This document shows positions 42,230-52,667 of a stretch of 64,000 nucleotides of DNA, piece by piece. The stretch's first letter is position 1, and each line of letters starts with the position of its first letter. A model generated the notes under the pieces. It searched no databases. It was not told the origin of the DNA and worked only from the letters and a program-made list of their open reading frames with translations. Made by a program: the position numbers and the translations under genes. The DNA is taken from contig CAWAUM010000007.1 of the NCBI GenBank assembly GCA_963785235.1, positions 1 to 64,000 on the forward strand. Reading direction: 5' to 3'. The stretch is from an uncultured delta proteobacterium. GTDB lineage: Bacteria; Desulfobacterota; Desulfomonilia; UBA1062.

Positions 42230-43393
42230 TTAAAGAACTTTTTTATAGATCTCGAGCATCTCGGATGCATCGAGTACGAGCCGCGGGTTGTTGACAATGG
42301 CACCGTCGCCCAAGCTGAGCTCGGCAGCCTTTACGATGTCATCCTCTTTCACCTTAAACTCTGAGAGCCTCTGGGGGTGAGAGATCTTCTTGGTGAATCC
42401 CCTCATGGCGGCAATGGCTGCCTTGGCGGCATCCATGTCATCCATGCCCTTCTCGCGTACCCCGCAGGCCTCGGCCACCATGGCATAGGCCTCGGGACAG
42501 CTCTCGAGGTTGAATTCCATGCAGTCTGCCAGCAGGATGCCGTTGGCAAAGCCGTGCGGCACATGGGCAACGGCACCGATGGAGTGCGCCAGGGCATGCA
42601 CGTTGCCCACACCGGCGATACCAAAGGCCCATCCGGCCATAGTAGCCGCGATCTGCACCTGGCCCCTTGCAACGAGGTCTGTGCCGTTCTCAACACATAC
42701 GGGCAGGTATTTGTAGAGCAACCGGATAGCATGGAGGCCCAGGGCGTCGGTTATAGGTTCATGCGGTAAGGCGTGGAGGGACTCCACAGCGTGAGTCATG
42801 GCATCCATGCCCGTGCCTGCAGTCAGGAGCTTGGGCAGCTTGGCCGTCATCTTCGGGTCAAGGATGGCAAGCCTGGGAACGTTGAAATTCTCAACGACCA
42901 AACGCTTCTGGCCCATCTCTTTATCCATGATAACTGCGACATTGGTTACTTCACTGCCTGTACCTGCTGTGGTGGGGATTACAACATGCGGGGTCTGAGG
43001 CCTTGAGAGCAGTTGGACACCATTGAAGTCCCGCAGATTGCCGCCTTCAGTAAGCAGTATGCAAATGCCTTTGGCCGTATCGATAACACTGCCGCCGCCT
43101 ACGCTGACAACGATGTCTGCACCGTTCTTTTTGGCAAAGGCAGCACCGGCATCCACTACTTCCACCCCGGTGTCCTGGGGAACATCGCTGAAGACGCCCA
43201 CGCACTTGCTGCCGAGTGCCTTCACGATGTGATCGATGAGTCCTGCATTGATGATGCCCTGATCAGTGACAACGACAGCCTTTGTGCCTCCAGAGTAACT
43301 CATCTCGATTTCAACATCTTTCGATGAATCCACCCCGAAGACAATCTTCGTTGGTCCGAAATAATTGAATGACAGATCTGAATCGTAAGCCAT
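42230..43393 (-). CDS. Iron-containing alcohol dehydrogenase
   Basis: GGGSVIDTAK, PTTAGTGSE, DAMTHAVE, HALAH, HG. Confidence 0.93.
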   Translation of the reverse strand: MAYDSDLSFNYFGPTKIVFGVDSSKDVEIEMSYSGGTKAVVVTDQGIINAGLIDHIVKALGSKCVGVFSDVPQDTGVEVVDAGAAFAKKNGADIVVSVGGGSVIDTAKGICILLTEGGNLRDFNGVQLLSRPQTPHVVIPTTAGTGSEVTNVAVIMDKEMGQKRLVVENFNVPRLAILDPKMTAKLPKLLTAGTGMDAMTHAVESLHALPHEPITDALGLHAIRLLYKYLPVCVENGTDLVARGQVQIAATMAGWAFGIAGVGNVHALAHSIGAVAHVPHGFANGILLADCMEFNLESCPEAYAMVAEACGVREKGMDDMDAAKAAIAAMRGFTKKISHPQRLSEFKVKEDDIVKAAELSLGDGAIVNNPRLVLDASEMLEIYKKVL

Positions 43394-43411
43394 ACCTCTC
43401 TCCTTATGAAA

Positions 43412-43846
43412 TCATGCAGGGTCATCAGGCCACTGTGTTTCGAACTTTCCAAGGATATCGACGACCTTGTTGACTACCTTGATGTTCCTCACTACATAAG
43501 GCAGGTCACCCTTCATCTTCAGCTTGCCCTGCAGGAGTCCCTTGGTGGCATCAAGCTCCTTGAGTGCAACCTGTTTCCAGCGGGAATAGTCGCCGGTCAT
43601 GACGAATTTTGCGCTCTCGGCCTTTGCCTTGTCGCACACAACGAACTCGCCCACGTCGCCGTGCCAGTAGTCCTGGAAGAGATAAACCGGCTCGGGCACT
43701 CCCTTGGACGGGTCTGCATTCACGATCAGTGAAACGCTCCCCTCCCAGCCCTTGGCGATCTCCTTGTAATCAGGGTCCGATATGATCGCTGCCTTGTATG
43801 CATCCATCCATTCCTGTGTCAATGCCTTTACTTTTGCCATAAACAA
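43412..43846 (-). CDS. SCP2 sterol/lipid-binding domain protein
   Basis: GDYSRW...DATKGLLQGKLKMKGD. Confidence 0.85.
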   Translation of the reverse strand: MFMAKVKALTQEWMDAYKAAIISDPDYKEIAKGWEGSVSLIVNADPSKGVPEPVYLFQDYWHGDVGEFVVCDKAKAESAKFVMTGDYSRWKQVALKELDATKGLLQGKLKMKGDLPYVVRNIKVVNKVVDILGKFETQWPDDPA

Positions 43847-43869
43847 TACCTCCTCTTAAGGATAAGGTG

Positions 43870-45730
43870 TTATGTATAGAGTCTGTTCTTAAGTTCATCC
43901 AGGCCAAGCTCGGTAAGCATCTCTATCTTTGGGTAGCCCCTCTCGTCGAGGCCGCGCAGTGCGTAATACTCTTTCAGGAGCAGCTCGACATCAGGGTACG
44001 GAACCTGCACCCCCACCATCTTCGAGGGCTGTCAGGAGCTTCTTGGGGAGCTTGTCGTCTTTCACCGTGATGCCCAGCAGGTTGTTGAATCCGCGTTTCA
44101 GTGTCCAGTCCCTCATGCCTGCCTTGAGAAGGTCCTGGGAGCTCAGGTTCCAGCCGGTGATGGCATTGAAGGCGCCCAGGATGGTCTCGGGTTTTAATAT
44201 GTCGACAAGATAGTGGCAGATGGCCAGCGAGTTCCCTAGGATGCCGTAGTTCTCGGAATTGTAGACCAGGGCTGCCTTGCCGACACTGGTGGTGCCCTGG
44301 TAATCGTCCTTCATGTCAAAGAGCTGCGGCCAGGAGGCCATGCCCTGCTCTGTTGCGAGTACCGCATGCTGGAGGTGGCAGGCGCCCCTGTTGGACATCA
44401 TGTAGGCAAGCCCCATTCCGTGGAACCCTCTGGGGTCGTGCATGGGGGCCTCAAGGCCCTTGACCGAGACCACTAAGTCAATGGCGCCTTTGCCGATCTT
44501 AAGGGCTGCCTTCACGCTCCCTTCGGCCAGGATATCACCGAATCCCTCCCGGTAGGCGATCTTCTTGATTAGTGCAATCACTGCATCCATGTTACCCCAG
44601 GTAAGATCGAGCCCACCCAGGTCGTCTTTTGTAATAATGCCCTTTTCATAGAGCTCCATGGCAAGGGCAATGGCCGAACCGCAACTGATAGTGTCCATGC
44701 CGTACTTGTTGCAGAGCTCATTGGCCTTGATCACGGCAGCCAGATCAGGGTTCATCATCATGGTGCCGAAGGTGCCGCATGTCTCATATTCGGGGCCGGG
44801 GCCTTCATCGGTCTTGAAGGGGCCATCGTCCACCTTGACCACCCTTTTGCAGGCAACCGGGCAGTTCGAGCATGCGTGCGCCTTGGTAAGGTAGCTCTCC
44901 TTCATGGTGGGTCCGCTCAGGCTGGAGGAGAGCATGAAGTCCTCTCCCACGGTCCAGTTCTTGATGGGTACATCACCTGAGATCATCCCGAGGTCCATGT
45001 TGGCGTCGGATCCCATCTGGTGGAGGCCGTCCGCAAGGGCGGAGTCTTTCACCTCCTGCATGGCTTCCTTCAAGTACTGCTTATACTTCTCTTCATCGGC
45101 CTTGGTGAGTTTTTTGGAGCCCTTCACAATGATGGCCTTCAGGTTCTTGGAGCCCATGACGGCACCGAGGCCTGTCCTTCCGCTGAAATGGCCCTTGTCA
45201 TTTCCGATGGCGGCTATCTTTACAAGATTCTCTCCGGCAGGCCCGATAGTAAGGACCTTAAGCGATTTGTCCGGCGCCTTGAGAATGTCGGTGGCTTCAT
45301 AGATGTCCTTGCCCCATAAATGCGATGCATCCATGATCTGCGCACCATCATCCGTTATGGATATGTACACGGGGGTATTCGCCTTTCCTTCTATTAATAT
45401 ACCATCGTATCCTGCGCGTTTCAGATCCGGGCTGAAGGTGCCCCCGCAGGAGGATTCACCCCATATCCCTGTCTGGGGAGATTTTGCACAGATGGTGAAC
45501 CTTGACGTGCCGGGGAATCCGCTGCCTACCATAGGGCCTGTCATGATCATGAAAGGGTTTCCCGGGGCCAGGGGGTCGAGATCAAGCGGATACCTGTCGA
45601 GAAAGAGCTTGGCTGCGAGGCAACTCCCGCCGATGCATTTTTTCAATGTGGCATCATCAATGGTGAAATCAGAACAGGTCGCATTTGTTAAATTAACATG
45701 TAAGAATTTCCCTGCGTACCCACCGCCCAT
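43870..45730 (-). CDS. Aldehyde:ferredoxin oxidoreductase (AOR family); frameshift ~43995
   Basis: GRTGLGAVMGSKNLKA, CSNCPVAC, GPEYET, DPRG, RGACH; C-terminus DVELLLKEYYALRGLDERGYP in the adjacent frame. Confidence 0.9.
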
Positions 45731-46113
45731 GTGACCACCTCCGGTATTTATTTTCGATAATATTGTATTATAGTCTTATCAGAGAAAAAATCAAATCCTT
45801 GATCATCGCTGAAAGCTGATCATCTTGGTGCCAGAGACGTTTCCATGCTTAACCCCTTATAATGTTGTTACTATTAAAAAAGGGAGTGGTTACAATCTGC
45901 AGTCACAATTATTGTGCAGTGCACCTAATTCAAAATTCAAAACGTAATTATATTATACTAATAATCTCTCATTGAATTCAATCAAGGGGGAAGCTAATCT
46001 TATGTAGTGGCTGCTTGTAGTGCAATGTAGCTGAATATATTACAAATGATGTTTTAGAATATAAAAGATTGATTGGCATTATGTAAGAGAGTAAAAACGA
46101 TATTTAACAAAGA

Positions 46114-46785
46114 TCACTTATTCTCACCCCAGTGGACAGCATATCGTACGAGTTCTGCAGAATTCTTTAACTGAAGTTTTTCTTTGATTCTCTCACGGTA
46201 TGTGCTGATAGTGCTTACGCTCAGGTTCATTTCATCGGCAATATCACTGGTTGACATTCCTTTTCCGATCCTTCTCAATACCTCAAGCTCCCGGTCGGAA
46301 AGGTTCTCAACAGGTGACTTCTCAAAAGTATCCTGGCCTGTCCTCACCCTGTTCAGGAGATTGCCCATGATGCTCTCGCTGACATAGATGTTACCCTGTA
46401 AAATATGTCGAATGGCTTTTACAATGGATTTTGAGGTCTCCTGCTTCATGATATAGCCTTGTGCTCCGGCCTGAAGAGATCGTTCGGCGTAGAGGAGCTC
46501 GTCGTGCATGGACAGAACAAGTACCTTCATATTCTTATGAAAGGTGCTGATCTCTTTGATGAGATCCATGCCGTTACTCCTTTTCAAGGTGATATCTATA
46601 ATGACCAAATCAGGATGGAATTCTTTTATGAGGGTCCTGGCTATGTCTACATCTTCCGCCTCGCCACACACGGTAAGATCATGTTCATGGTTGATCAATT
46701 CTTTGATTCCAAGCCGGAAAATTTCATGATCTTCTACAATTAATATCTTAACCATCTTTGAGCTGTTCATATCATTTATTTCCAA
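46114..46785 (-). CDS. NarL/LuxR family response regulator
   Basis: VEDH, IID, LSMH, LSDRELEV HTH. Confidence 0.92.
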   Translation of the reverse strand: MEINDMNSSKMVKILIVEDHEIFRLGIKELINHEHDLTVCGEAEDVDIARTLIKEFHPDLVIIDITLKRSNGMDLIKEISTFHKNMKVLVLSMHDELLYAERSLQAGAQGYIMKQETSKSIVKAIRHILQGNIYVSESIMGNLLNRVRTGQDTFEKSPVENLSDRELEVLRRIGKGMSTSDIADEMNLSVSTISTYRERIKEKLQLKNSAELVRYAVHWGENK

Positions 46786-48641
46786 ATACTCGTTTCATTA
46801 TGTCCATCATACTTGAAAGATAAAGTTACTTTGGTTCCTTTGTTCTGATGGCTGGATATTCTTAAATCCGCGCCTATCACATTTGCCCGGAAATTCATAA
46901 TCTTGAGACCCATACCCTGTGGGTCCTCATGGTTTTGTATTCCTCTACCATTATCTTCGGTGGTCAGGGTCACCATATTATTTTCATACAATAAATCAAT
47001 AGTAATTCTATCTGCCTTCCCATGCCTGATTGCATTATAAATGGCTTCATGGACTATATAGTATATATGGGTACATATGGATATGTCATCGATTAAGATG
47101 GATCGCTGATAATGGAACCTGCAGGTAATCCCATGTACCTCGTGTATGTTTGATGCCATTTCCTGCAACAGTGACTCAAGCCCGTGGTCAGCAAGGAAGA
47201 CCGGGCATAATCCTCTGGAGAGTCTCCTTGTTTTTTGAATGGCCTGTTCGATCAGGCTCCTGATCTTTTCAACTTCACCGGTTGAAGGAACGCTGTTTTC
47301 CTGGAGCTTTTTTTTCAACAACTCGCTCATGACTTCAATGCCTATGAGATGTGGTGCGAGGTCGTCATGCAGGTCCTGGCCGATTTTCTGCCGCTCCCTT
47401 TCACCAATAATCAGGATCTCCTTTTCCAAGGTCTTTTTTTCAGTGACATCTTCTATGGTGGCTATCATGCACAGCTCATCGGCGAGCATGATCATCTCGG
47501 CTGATATTGTGACCATCCTGATTTCTCCGGTGCTGGTGTAGAATTCTGTTTCATATCCACGGACCTGTCCTTGACCCTGAAGGGTTTGGACTATGCGGTG
47601 ATAATCAGAGATTGTATTGAAGAGGCCTATTTCTTTAAGTGACCTCCCGAGAACTGAATCTCTTGAAAAACCGCATATCTTGAAAAAACTTTCATTAACA
47701 TTGAGAAAGCAGCCATCGAGCACTCTCCATATTACAATTCCTACAGGGCTTGATCTGAAGGCCTTTGAGAACATCTCTTCTGAGTTTCGTAAAGAGTGGG
47801 CCAGGATATTCACCGATTGACTGATGACACCGATTTCTCCCTTGGCCAACAATGGTATAGGCTCTACGATCAGATTACCCTTTTCGAGTTCTTCCAGGGT
47901 ATCCAAAGTCATTCTTAATCCTGACTGTATACCTGCATTCGATTCATGCACGGTTACAAAGATGGCAGCCAGCGAAAGGGCCAGGATAATAAAAACATTA
48001 ATGGAGAGGTCACTAAGACTGATGGCCTGGAGATGGGATATGAATAAAAAATGACCAAGGGTGATCAGTGGGATGATAAGAACGGAGATAACGATGAGTG
48101 TAGTCCTGGAAGAGACACTGAATAGGGTATATGAGTCCCGGGGGAGGTGTACGCCTTTGATGCGATCATCCATGAGGACAGGCGAAAGGAGATGTTCAGT
48201 AGTGCAATAGGATATAATGCTGTTTATGGGTATACACAGAAGCAGGATAAAGAATACCGGCAATGTCTCAAACCATGTAATACCAACCGATGACTGTAGA
48301 ATTGCATATTGGCATGCAAGGCCGAGGACCCATCGAAGAGCAATGACAATGCTCTCGGTTGTGGGGTAGGAGAGAAGATCAAGCTTGATCGTTGCATAGT
48401 CTTCTGTCCCCCTATTAAGGGCATTCAAGATTCCGGTAAGCTTCCAGATCCGGATGGACATGCCGAAGAGTGTTGCAAGGGTTGCTGAGATTATAGCAGT
48501 ATAGATAACATATAATAATTTTTCCCCCTGAAACATCCCTGCTATTGTTCCGTAATATAAAGCCAAAGGAACAACAATGAGATTAATGTATAGTTCGAGT
48601 CGTAAGGTGAGTTTTGTAATTAATCCTTTTGTAGAAATCAT
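46776..48641 (-). CDS. Multi-TM PAS sensor histidine kinase (HisKA_3 type)
   Basis: ~6 TM helices, PAS domain, ERQKIGQDLHD, EAIYNAIRHG, DNGRG, GMGL. Confidence 0.9.
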   Translation of the reverse strand: MISTKGLITKLTLRLELYINLIVVPLALYYGTIAGMFQGEKLLYVIYTAIISATLATLFGMSIRIWKLTGILNALNRGTEDYATIKLDLLSYPTTESIVIALRWVLGLACQYAILQSSVGITWFETLPVFFILLLCIPINSIISYCTTEHLLSPVLMDDRIKGVHLPRDSYTLFSVSSRTTLIVISVLIIPLITLGHFLFISHLQAISLSDLSINVFIILALSLAAIFVTVHESNAGIQSGLRMTLDTLEELEKGNLIVEPIPLLAKGEIGVISQSVNILAHSLRNSEEMFSKAFRSSPVGIVIWRVLDGCFLNVNESFFKICGFSRDSVLGRSLKEIGLFNTISDYHRIVQTLQGQGQVRGYETEFYTSTGEIRMVTISAEMIMLADELCMIATIEDVTEKKTLEKEILIIGERERQKIGQDLHDDLAPHLIGIEVMSELLKKKLQENSVPSTGEVEKIRSLIEQAIQKTRRLSRGLCPVFLADHGLESLLQEMASNIHEVHGITCRFHYQRSILIDDISICTHIYYIVHEAIYNAIRHGKADRITIDLLYENNMVTLTTEDNGRGIQNHEDPQGMGLKIMNFRANVIGADLRISSHQNKGTKVTLSFKYDGHNETSIWK

Positions 48642-48718
48642 ATATTGTTATGGGCGCCTTTACGCCGGCATAGAATATTGATCAGCCCCATACAAACCTG
48701 GTTGATATTTTCATAGCA

Positions 48719-48839
48719 GAGCCAATTGCAAAAGTCCAAGATTGTCATTTCCGAGAAAGCTTCGAACCCAGTCTTTTCAAGAACTTCTGGCCCCACGCTT
48801 TCGCTGGGGTGACACCTTTTAAAGTTTTGCAATTGGCTC
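48719..48839 (+). mobile_element. Repeat family A copy (internal hairpins degenerate, terminal IR perfect)
   Basis: GAGCCAATTGCAAAA ... TTTTGCAATTGGCTC, perfect 15-bp IR. Confidence 0.8.
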
Positions 48840-49161
48840 AGCAGTTTAATCTTTGCTTGGTAAACCATTATGATTTTTTGATTATCCAGGAAAAGCTTTT
48901 CTTCGTATAGTGGAAAAAAAATTCACATAACTAAATATTATCCACTAGCATAAATATTCATAACTGATTGAAATAACTAGTTACGATAAAACAACTACTA
49001 GACAACACCTGATAATCGACTGAGGGTAGTTTCGTAATTTATTTGCCCAATCTTGGCACGTTTCGTGAGTATCATTGGGTCATGATCAATATCCCTGAAT
49101 GGAAAAAACAACAACCGGTAAGTTGGTATTTTTCTCCGGATTTCATGAAAGGAAGGGAATA

Positions 49162-50769
49162 ATGCGAAATACAACGACAGAACCAAGGCTTGTGTCTATC
49201 AGCAGGATATCGGAACCAAAGAATCATATTTCGATATCTCCTATCATCTTGAAGAAGATCTATTCCATTGGAAGCCTGAAGAATGTCGAAGACGGAGTAT
49301 CATTCACTATTAAAAACCCTATGAAAGATGGTTTGATTACAGGTATTTCAGGTATTTGCATCAATGGCCTCGAAATCCCTTTGGATAATGTGGTCATGAG
49401 AAACAACGGAACACGTCTCAAGGCCAGCGAGATAAATCCTGACCAGCCGTTACCTTTCCCTATGGGCATGGATGTTGAGTTTCATGCACGGGCTATAGCC
49501 CTTGCGAAGAACATCGAACACCAGATCACCATATCCTGCCATACTGATCCATATGGTTCTTTTGATCTTGAAGCAACAGACGCAGTTATCGAAACGAGAT
49601 CAACCCAGAAGAAGATACCCTGTGACAAACAGGCCAACTACGACATGGACATTGTCAGAGCGCGACAGGATTTTGTTGAAGAATTCACTGGTGTTCACCT
49701 GCACCATGTAAAGCACCATTCATTTGACCCTCTTGTTACGAAGGGCAATATTGAGAACTTCAGTGGCGTGGCGCAGGTCCCACTGGGATTTGCCGGACCG
49801 TTGAAGGTCAATGGAGAGCATGCCAAGGGAGAATTCCTCATCCCCCTGTGCACAAGCGAAGGGACATTGGTGGCATCTTATAACAGGGGCATGAAAATCA
49901 TCAACATGTGCGGGGGTATAACCACTACAGTTATGGAAGACCGCATGCAGAGGGCCCCGGCTTTTGCATTTGAATCAGCACGGCAGGCCAGGGACTTCGT
50001 GGCATGGCTTGATGACCATATGGATGAGATCAGAGAACAGGCTGAGTCCGGCTCCAGGGTAGCAAAGCTCATCAGTATAGAGAGATATATGGCCAGCAAA
50101 TTCGTATATCTTCGCTTCAATTATTTTACCGGGGATGCAGCTGGGCAGAATATGGTGAGTATGGCCACTTTTACGGCTTGCAGCTGGATACTATCCCAGG
50201 TGAATAATATCAGTCATTTCTACATGGAATCTAACTTCGCCACTGATAAGAAAGCCTCAATGATCAACACCTTGAACACACGTGGGAAGAGGGTTGTGGC
50301 GGAGATCGTCATCCCCAGGGATGTCATGATACAAAATATGAGAGTAGACCCTGAGACATTGGATCATCTGTGCAGGGTATCAAATCTTGGATCCTTTATT
50401 GCTGGATGCTCAGGCAATGGGCTCCATTCGGCCAATGCATTGGCTGCACTGTTCATAGCCACAGGCCAGGATGTAGCAAACATATCAGAGTCATCCACTG
50501 GATTAATTTTTACTGAAATAACTCCAGAAGGCGATCTTTATGCCTCACTGACCCTCCCATCGTTGATTGTTGCAACCTACGGGGGAGGAACTGCACTTCC
50601 TACGCAGAAAGAATGCCTGGATACCCTTGGATGCTATGGCCAGGGAAAGGTCTTAAAGTTTGCAGAGATCGTTGCAGCAGTAGCAATGGCAGGTGAGATA
50701 TCTCTCGCCGGTGCTCTCTCGTCACTGGATTGGGTTACGAGCCATGAGCGTTTCGGGAAAAATCGCTAG
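49162..50769 (+). CDS. Class I HMG-CoA-reductase-like protein with extra N-terminal soluble domain
   Basis: ENFSG, TSEGTLVAS, DAAGQNM, TDKK, TGQDVA, YGGGT, C-terminal His. Confidence 0.88.
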   Translation: MRNTTTEPRLVSISRISEPKNHISISPIILKKIYSIGSLKNVEDGVSFTIKNPMKDGLITGISGICINGLEIPLDNVVMRNNGTRLKASEINPDQPLPFPMGMDVEFHARAIALAKNIEHQITISCHTDPYGSFDLEATDAVIETRSTQKKIPCDKQANYDMDIVRARQDFVEEFTGVHLHHVKHHSFDPLVTKGNIENFSGVAQVPLGFAGPLKVNGEHAKGEFLIPLCTSEGTLVASYNRGMKIINMCGGITTTVMEDRMQRAPAFAFESARQARDFVAWLDDHMDEIREQAESGSRVAKLISIERYMASKFVYLRFNYFTGDAAGQNMVSMATFTACSWILSQVNNISHFYMESNFATDKKASMINTLNTRGKRVVAEIVIPRDVMIQNMRVDPETLDHLCRVSNLGSFIAGCSGNGLHSANALAALFIATGQDVANISESSTGLIFTEITPEGDLYASLTLPSLIVATYGGGTALPTQKECLDTLGCYGQGKVLKFAEIVAAVAMAGEISLAGALSSLDWVTSHERFGKNR

Positions 50770-50804
50770 GACATAAACGGATAACAGAAAAGGAGAGCTG
50801 AAAT

Positions 50805-51872
50805 ATGAGTACCATGGCGCAGGCAAAACCACTCGTAAGTAGTCCAAGGGAATTCTTCCCAGCCAAGGTTATCTCCATAGATGATTACAGACCCGGAACC
50901 CATGCAGGGATCAATGTCTTCACATTTGATGAGAGGATCTCCTATCTCAGAAAATACGGTGATCACTGCCTGTCATTTTCAATGCTGCAACCGGAAATGC
51001 ACTTTTTCGATATGCCCGGGGTCGGATTCATCACCTTCAGGAAGAAATGGGGTACCCGGTTCGTCCTTGCCGACCCTGTCTGTGATGTGAAAGATAGGGA
51101 ACTCCTCATCCGGGAGTTTCTCAAGGACAAGACAAACACGGCTTTTATCCAGATCTCTCAGGGTATGGCAGAATTTCTTCACGAAAAGTTCGGGTATTAC
51201 GCGACTCAGTTTGGTGTCGAATCAATCGTTGATCTTGAGAAATGGGATCTCAAGGGCAAGAAGAAACAGGTACTGAGGACATCGGTAAATCATGCTAAAA
51301 ATGAGGGTGTGACGATAGAGGAAAACAGTTCAGAAGATGGGTGCCGCCAGCTCACCAAGGAATGGCTCAAGACCCGCAAGGTCAGAAATCGCGAGGTCGT
51401 TTTTCTCATCCGTCCCATGGACCAGGAATACCAGGAAGGTACAAGAAAATTCTGTGCGTATCATGATGGAAAACTCGTTGGTTTTATCTTCTTCGATCCG
51501 CTCTATAAGGACGGCAAGGTAGTCAGCTATGTGCCCAACATCTCCCGTTTCAGCAACGATTTCAAACAGGGAATCTTTTATCCCCTCATGTGCCATGCCA
51601 TGGAAGTCTTCAAGAAAGAGGGTGTGAAGTATTTGCACCTCGGCCTGTGCCCGGCGGTTGTGGATGAGAAGGATGAGTCCTACGAGTCAAAGCTCCTGAA
51701 AATGATTGTCCGATTGCTCTATAAGTTTGGGAACATGATATACAGCTTCAAGGGATTATACTTCACCAAATCCAGGTTTGAGGGTGTAGAGCAAAAGACA
51801 TTCTGTGCACACCGAGAAATTCTGCCCTCGAAGTCCATGCTCACGGTGTTCATGATTTCCAATATTCTATAG
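50805..51872 (+). CDS. Stand-alone DUF2156 (aminoacyl-tRNA-dependent transferase, MprF C-terminal-like) protein
   Basis: VLADPVC, FGVESIVDL, L.GKKKQVLR, GKLVGF, LHLGLCP, FKGLYFTKSRF; no TM helices. Confidence 0.75.
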   Translation: MSTMAQAKPLVSSPREFFPAKVISIDDYRPGTHAGINVFTFDERISYLRKYGDHCLSFSMLQPEMHFFDMPGVGFITFRKKWGTRFVLADPVCDVKDRELLIREFLKDKTNTAFIQISQGMAEFLHEKFGYYATQFGVESIVDLEKWDLKGKKKQVLRTSVNHAKNEGVTIEENSSEDGCRQLTKEWLKTRKVRNREVVFLIRPMDQEYQEGTRKFCAYHDGKLVGFIFFDPLYKDGKVVSYVPNISRFSNDFKQGIFYPLMCHAMEVFKKEGVKYLHLGLCPAVVDEKDESYESKLLKMIVRLLYKFGNMIYSFKGLYFTKSRFEGVEQKTFCAHREILPSKSMLTVFMISNIL

Positions 51873-51893
51873 TTTGTTTTCTTAAGGAAATAT

Positions 51894-51932
51894 CGGGCTG
51901 CAGGCGATGTGCCTCAGCCCGTATTTATTTTG
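51894..51932 (+). terminator. Putative terminator
   Basis: cgggctg..ggc..gcc.cagcccg then tatttattt. Confidence 0.5.
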
Positions 51933-51953
51933 AGGCTCATGCTCATTGATTGA

Positions 51954-52625
51954 TTAGAAAGCTGATTCTCTTTTGAAATCCAGGATATTCCAGTTTTTTC
52001 GCAGTGCCTCCTGTCTTAGTCTTCTATCGGGATTTGTTGCAAACGGAAGACCTACTTCATGCAACAGTTCAATATCATAGAATGAATCCGTGTAGAAATA
52101 ACTTTGTACAAGGTCGACCCCGTGGCCTTTTGCCCAGGATAGTGCATAGTCCCTTTTCCCTTTTCCATAGCAAAGAGGTTTGATGAGTTTTCCTGTTAGG
52201 ACGTCGTCTCGTATCTCCACCTGGGATGTGATGATTTCACCTATGCCGAGTGCATCAGCCAGTGGCCTTACAAAAAAAGGCGGTGAGTTTGAGATGACCA
52301 CCAGGCGGTGTCCTTTTGATTGATGATCATGGATACGTTCATGTGCTTCTTTATAGATGCATTTTCTGATCATTGTCTCAAACCATGCCTTTGAGAATTT
52401 ATCCATGTCCGAAAGGCTCAATCCTGCCAGGAGTTCCATGTTTCGCTCATACCATTTATCTATGTTGAGTAGAGACATCCGGTAGAGTCCGATTTTCAGA
52501 ACCCCCAAAAGGAGAAAACCTAAAGGGACTATGCCTTGTTTATAGGCGAACTGCACTGAAGAAAGCCCTGCGTTCTTCCAGGTGATCGTGTGGTCCATAT
52601 CGAATAAAGCTGCTATCTGGCTCAT
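51954..52625 (-). CDS. HAD-IB (SerB-like) hydrolase
   Basis: FDMDHT, GKGK, YTDSFYD, NPD. Confidence 0.88.
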   Translation of the reverse strand: MSQIAALFDMDHTITWKNAGLSSVQFAYKQGIVPLGFLLLGVLKIGLYRMSLLNIDKWYERNMELLAGLSLSDMDKFSKAWFETMIRKCIYKEAHERIHDHQSKGHRLVVISNSPPFFVRPLADALGIGEIITSQVEIRDDVLTGKLIKPLCYGKGKRDYALSWAKGHGVDLVQSYFYTDSFYDIELLHEVGLPFATNPDRRLRQEALRKNWNILDFKRESAF

Positions 52626-52667
52626 GTGAGAGATCCTTTTTGAAGATACAGAGTAATAGGGGTAATG

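Noticed and set aside
43991-43993. TGA ending the AOR ORF as selenocysteine
   Set aside because: The conserved C-terminus continues in a different frame, so this is an indel rather than readthrough.
49053-49069. Sigma54 promoter TTGGCACGTTTCGTGA upstream of the HMGR-like gene
   Set aside because: The -24 element is good, but the -12 position reads GA instead of the invariant GC.
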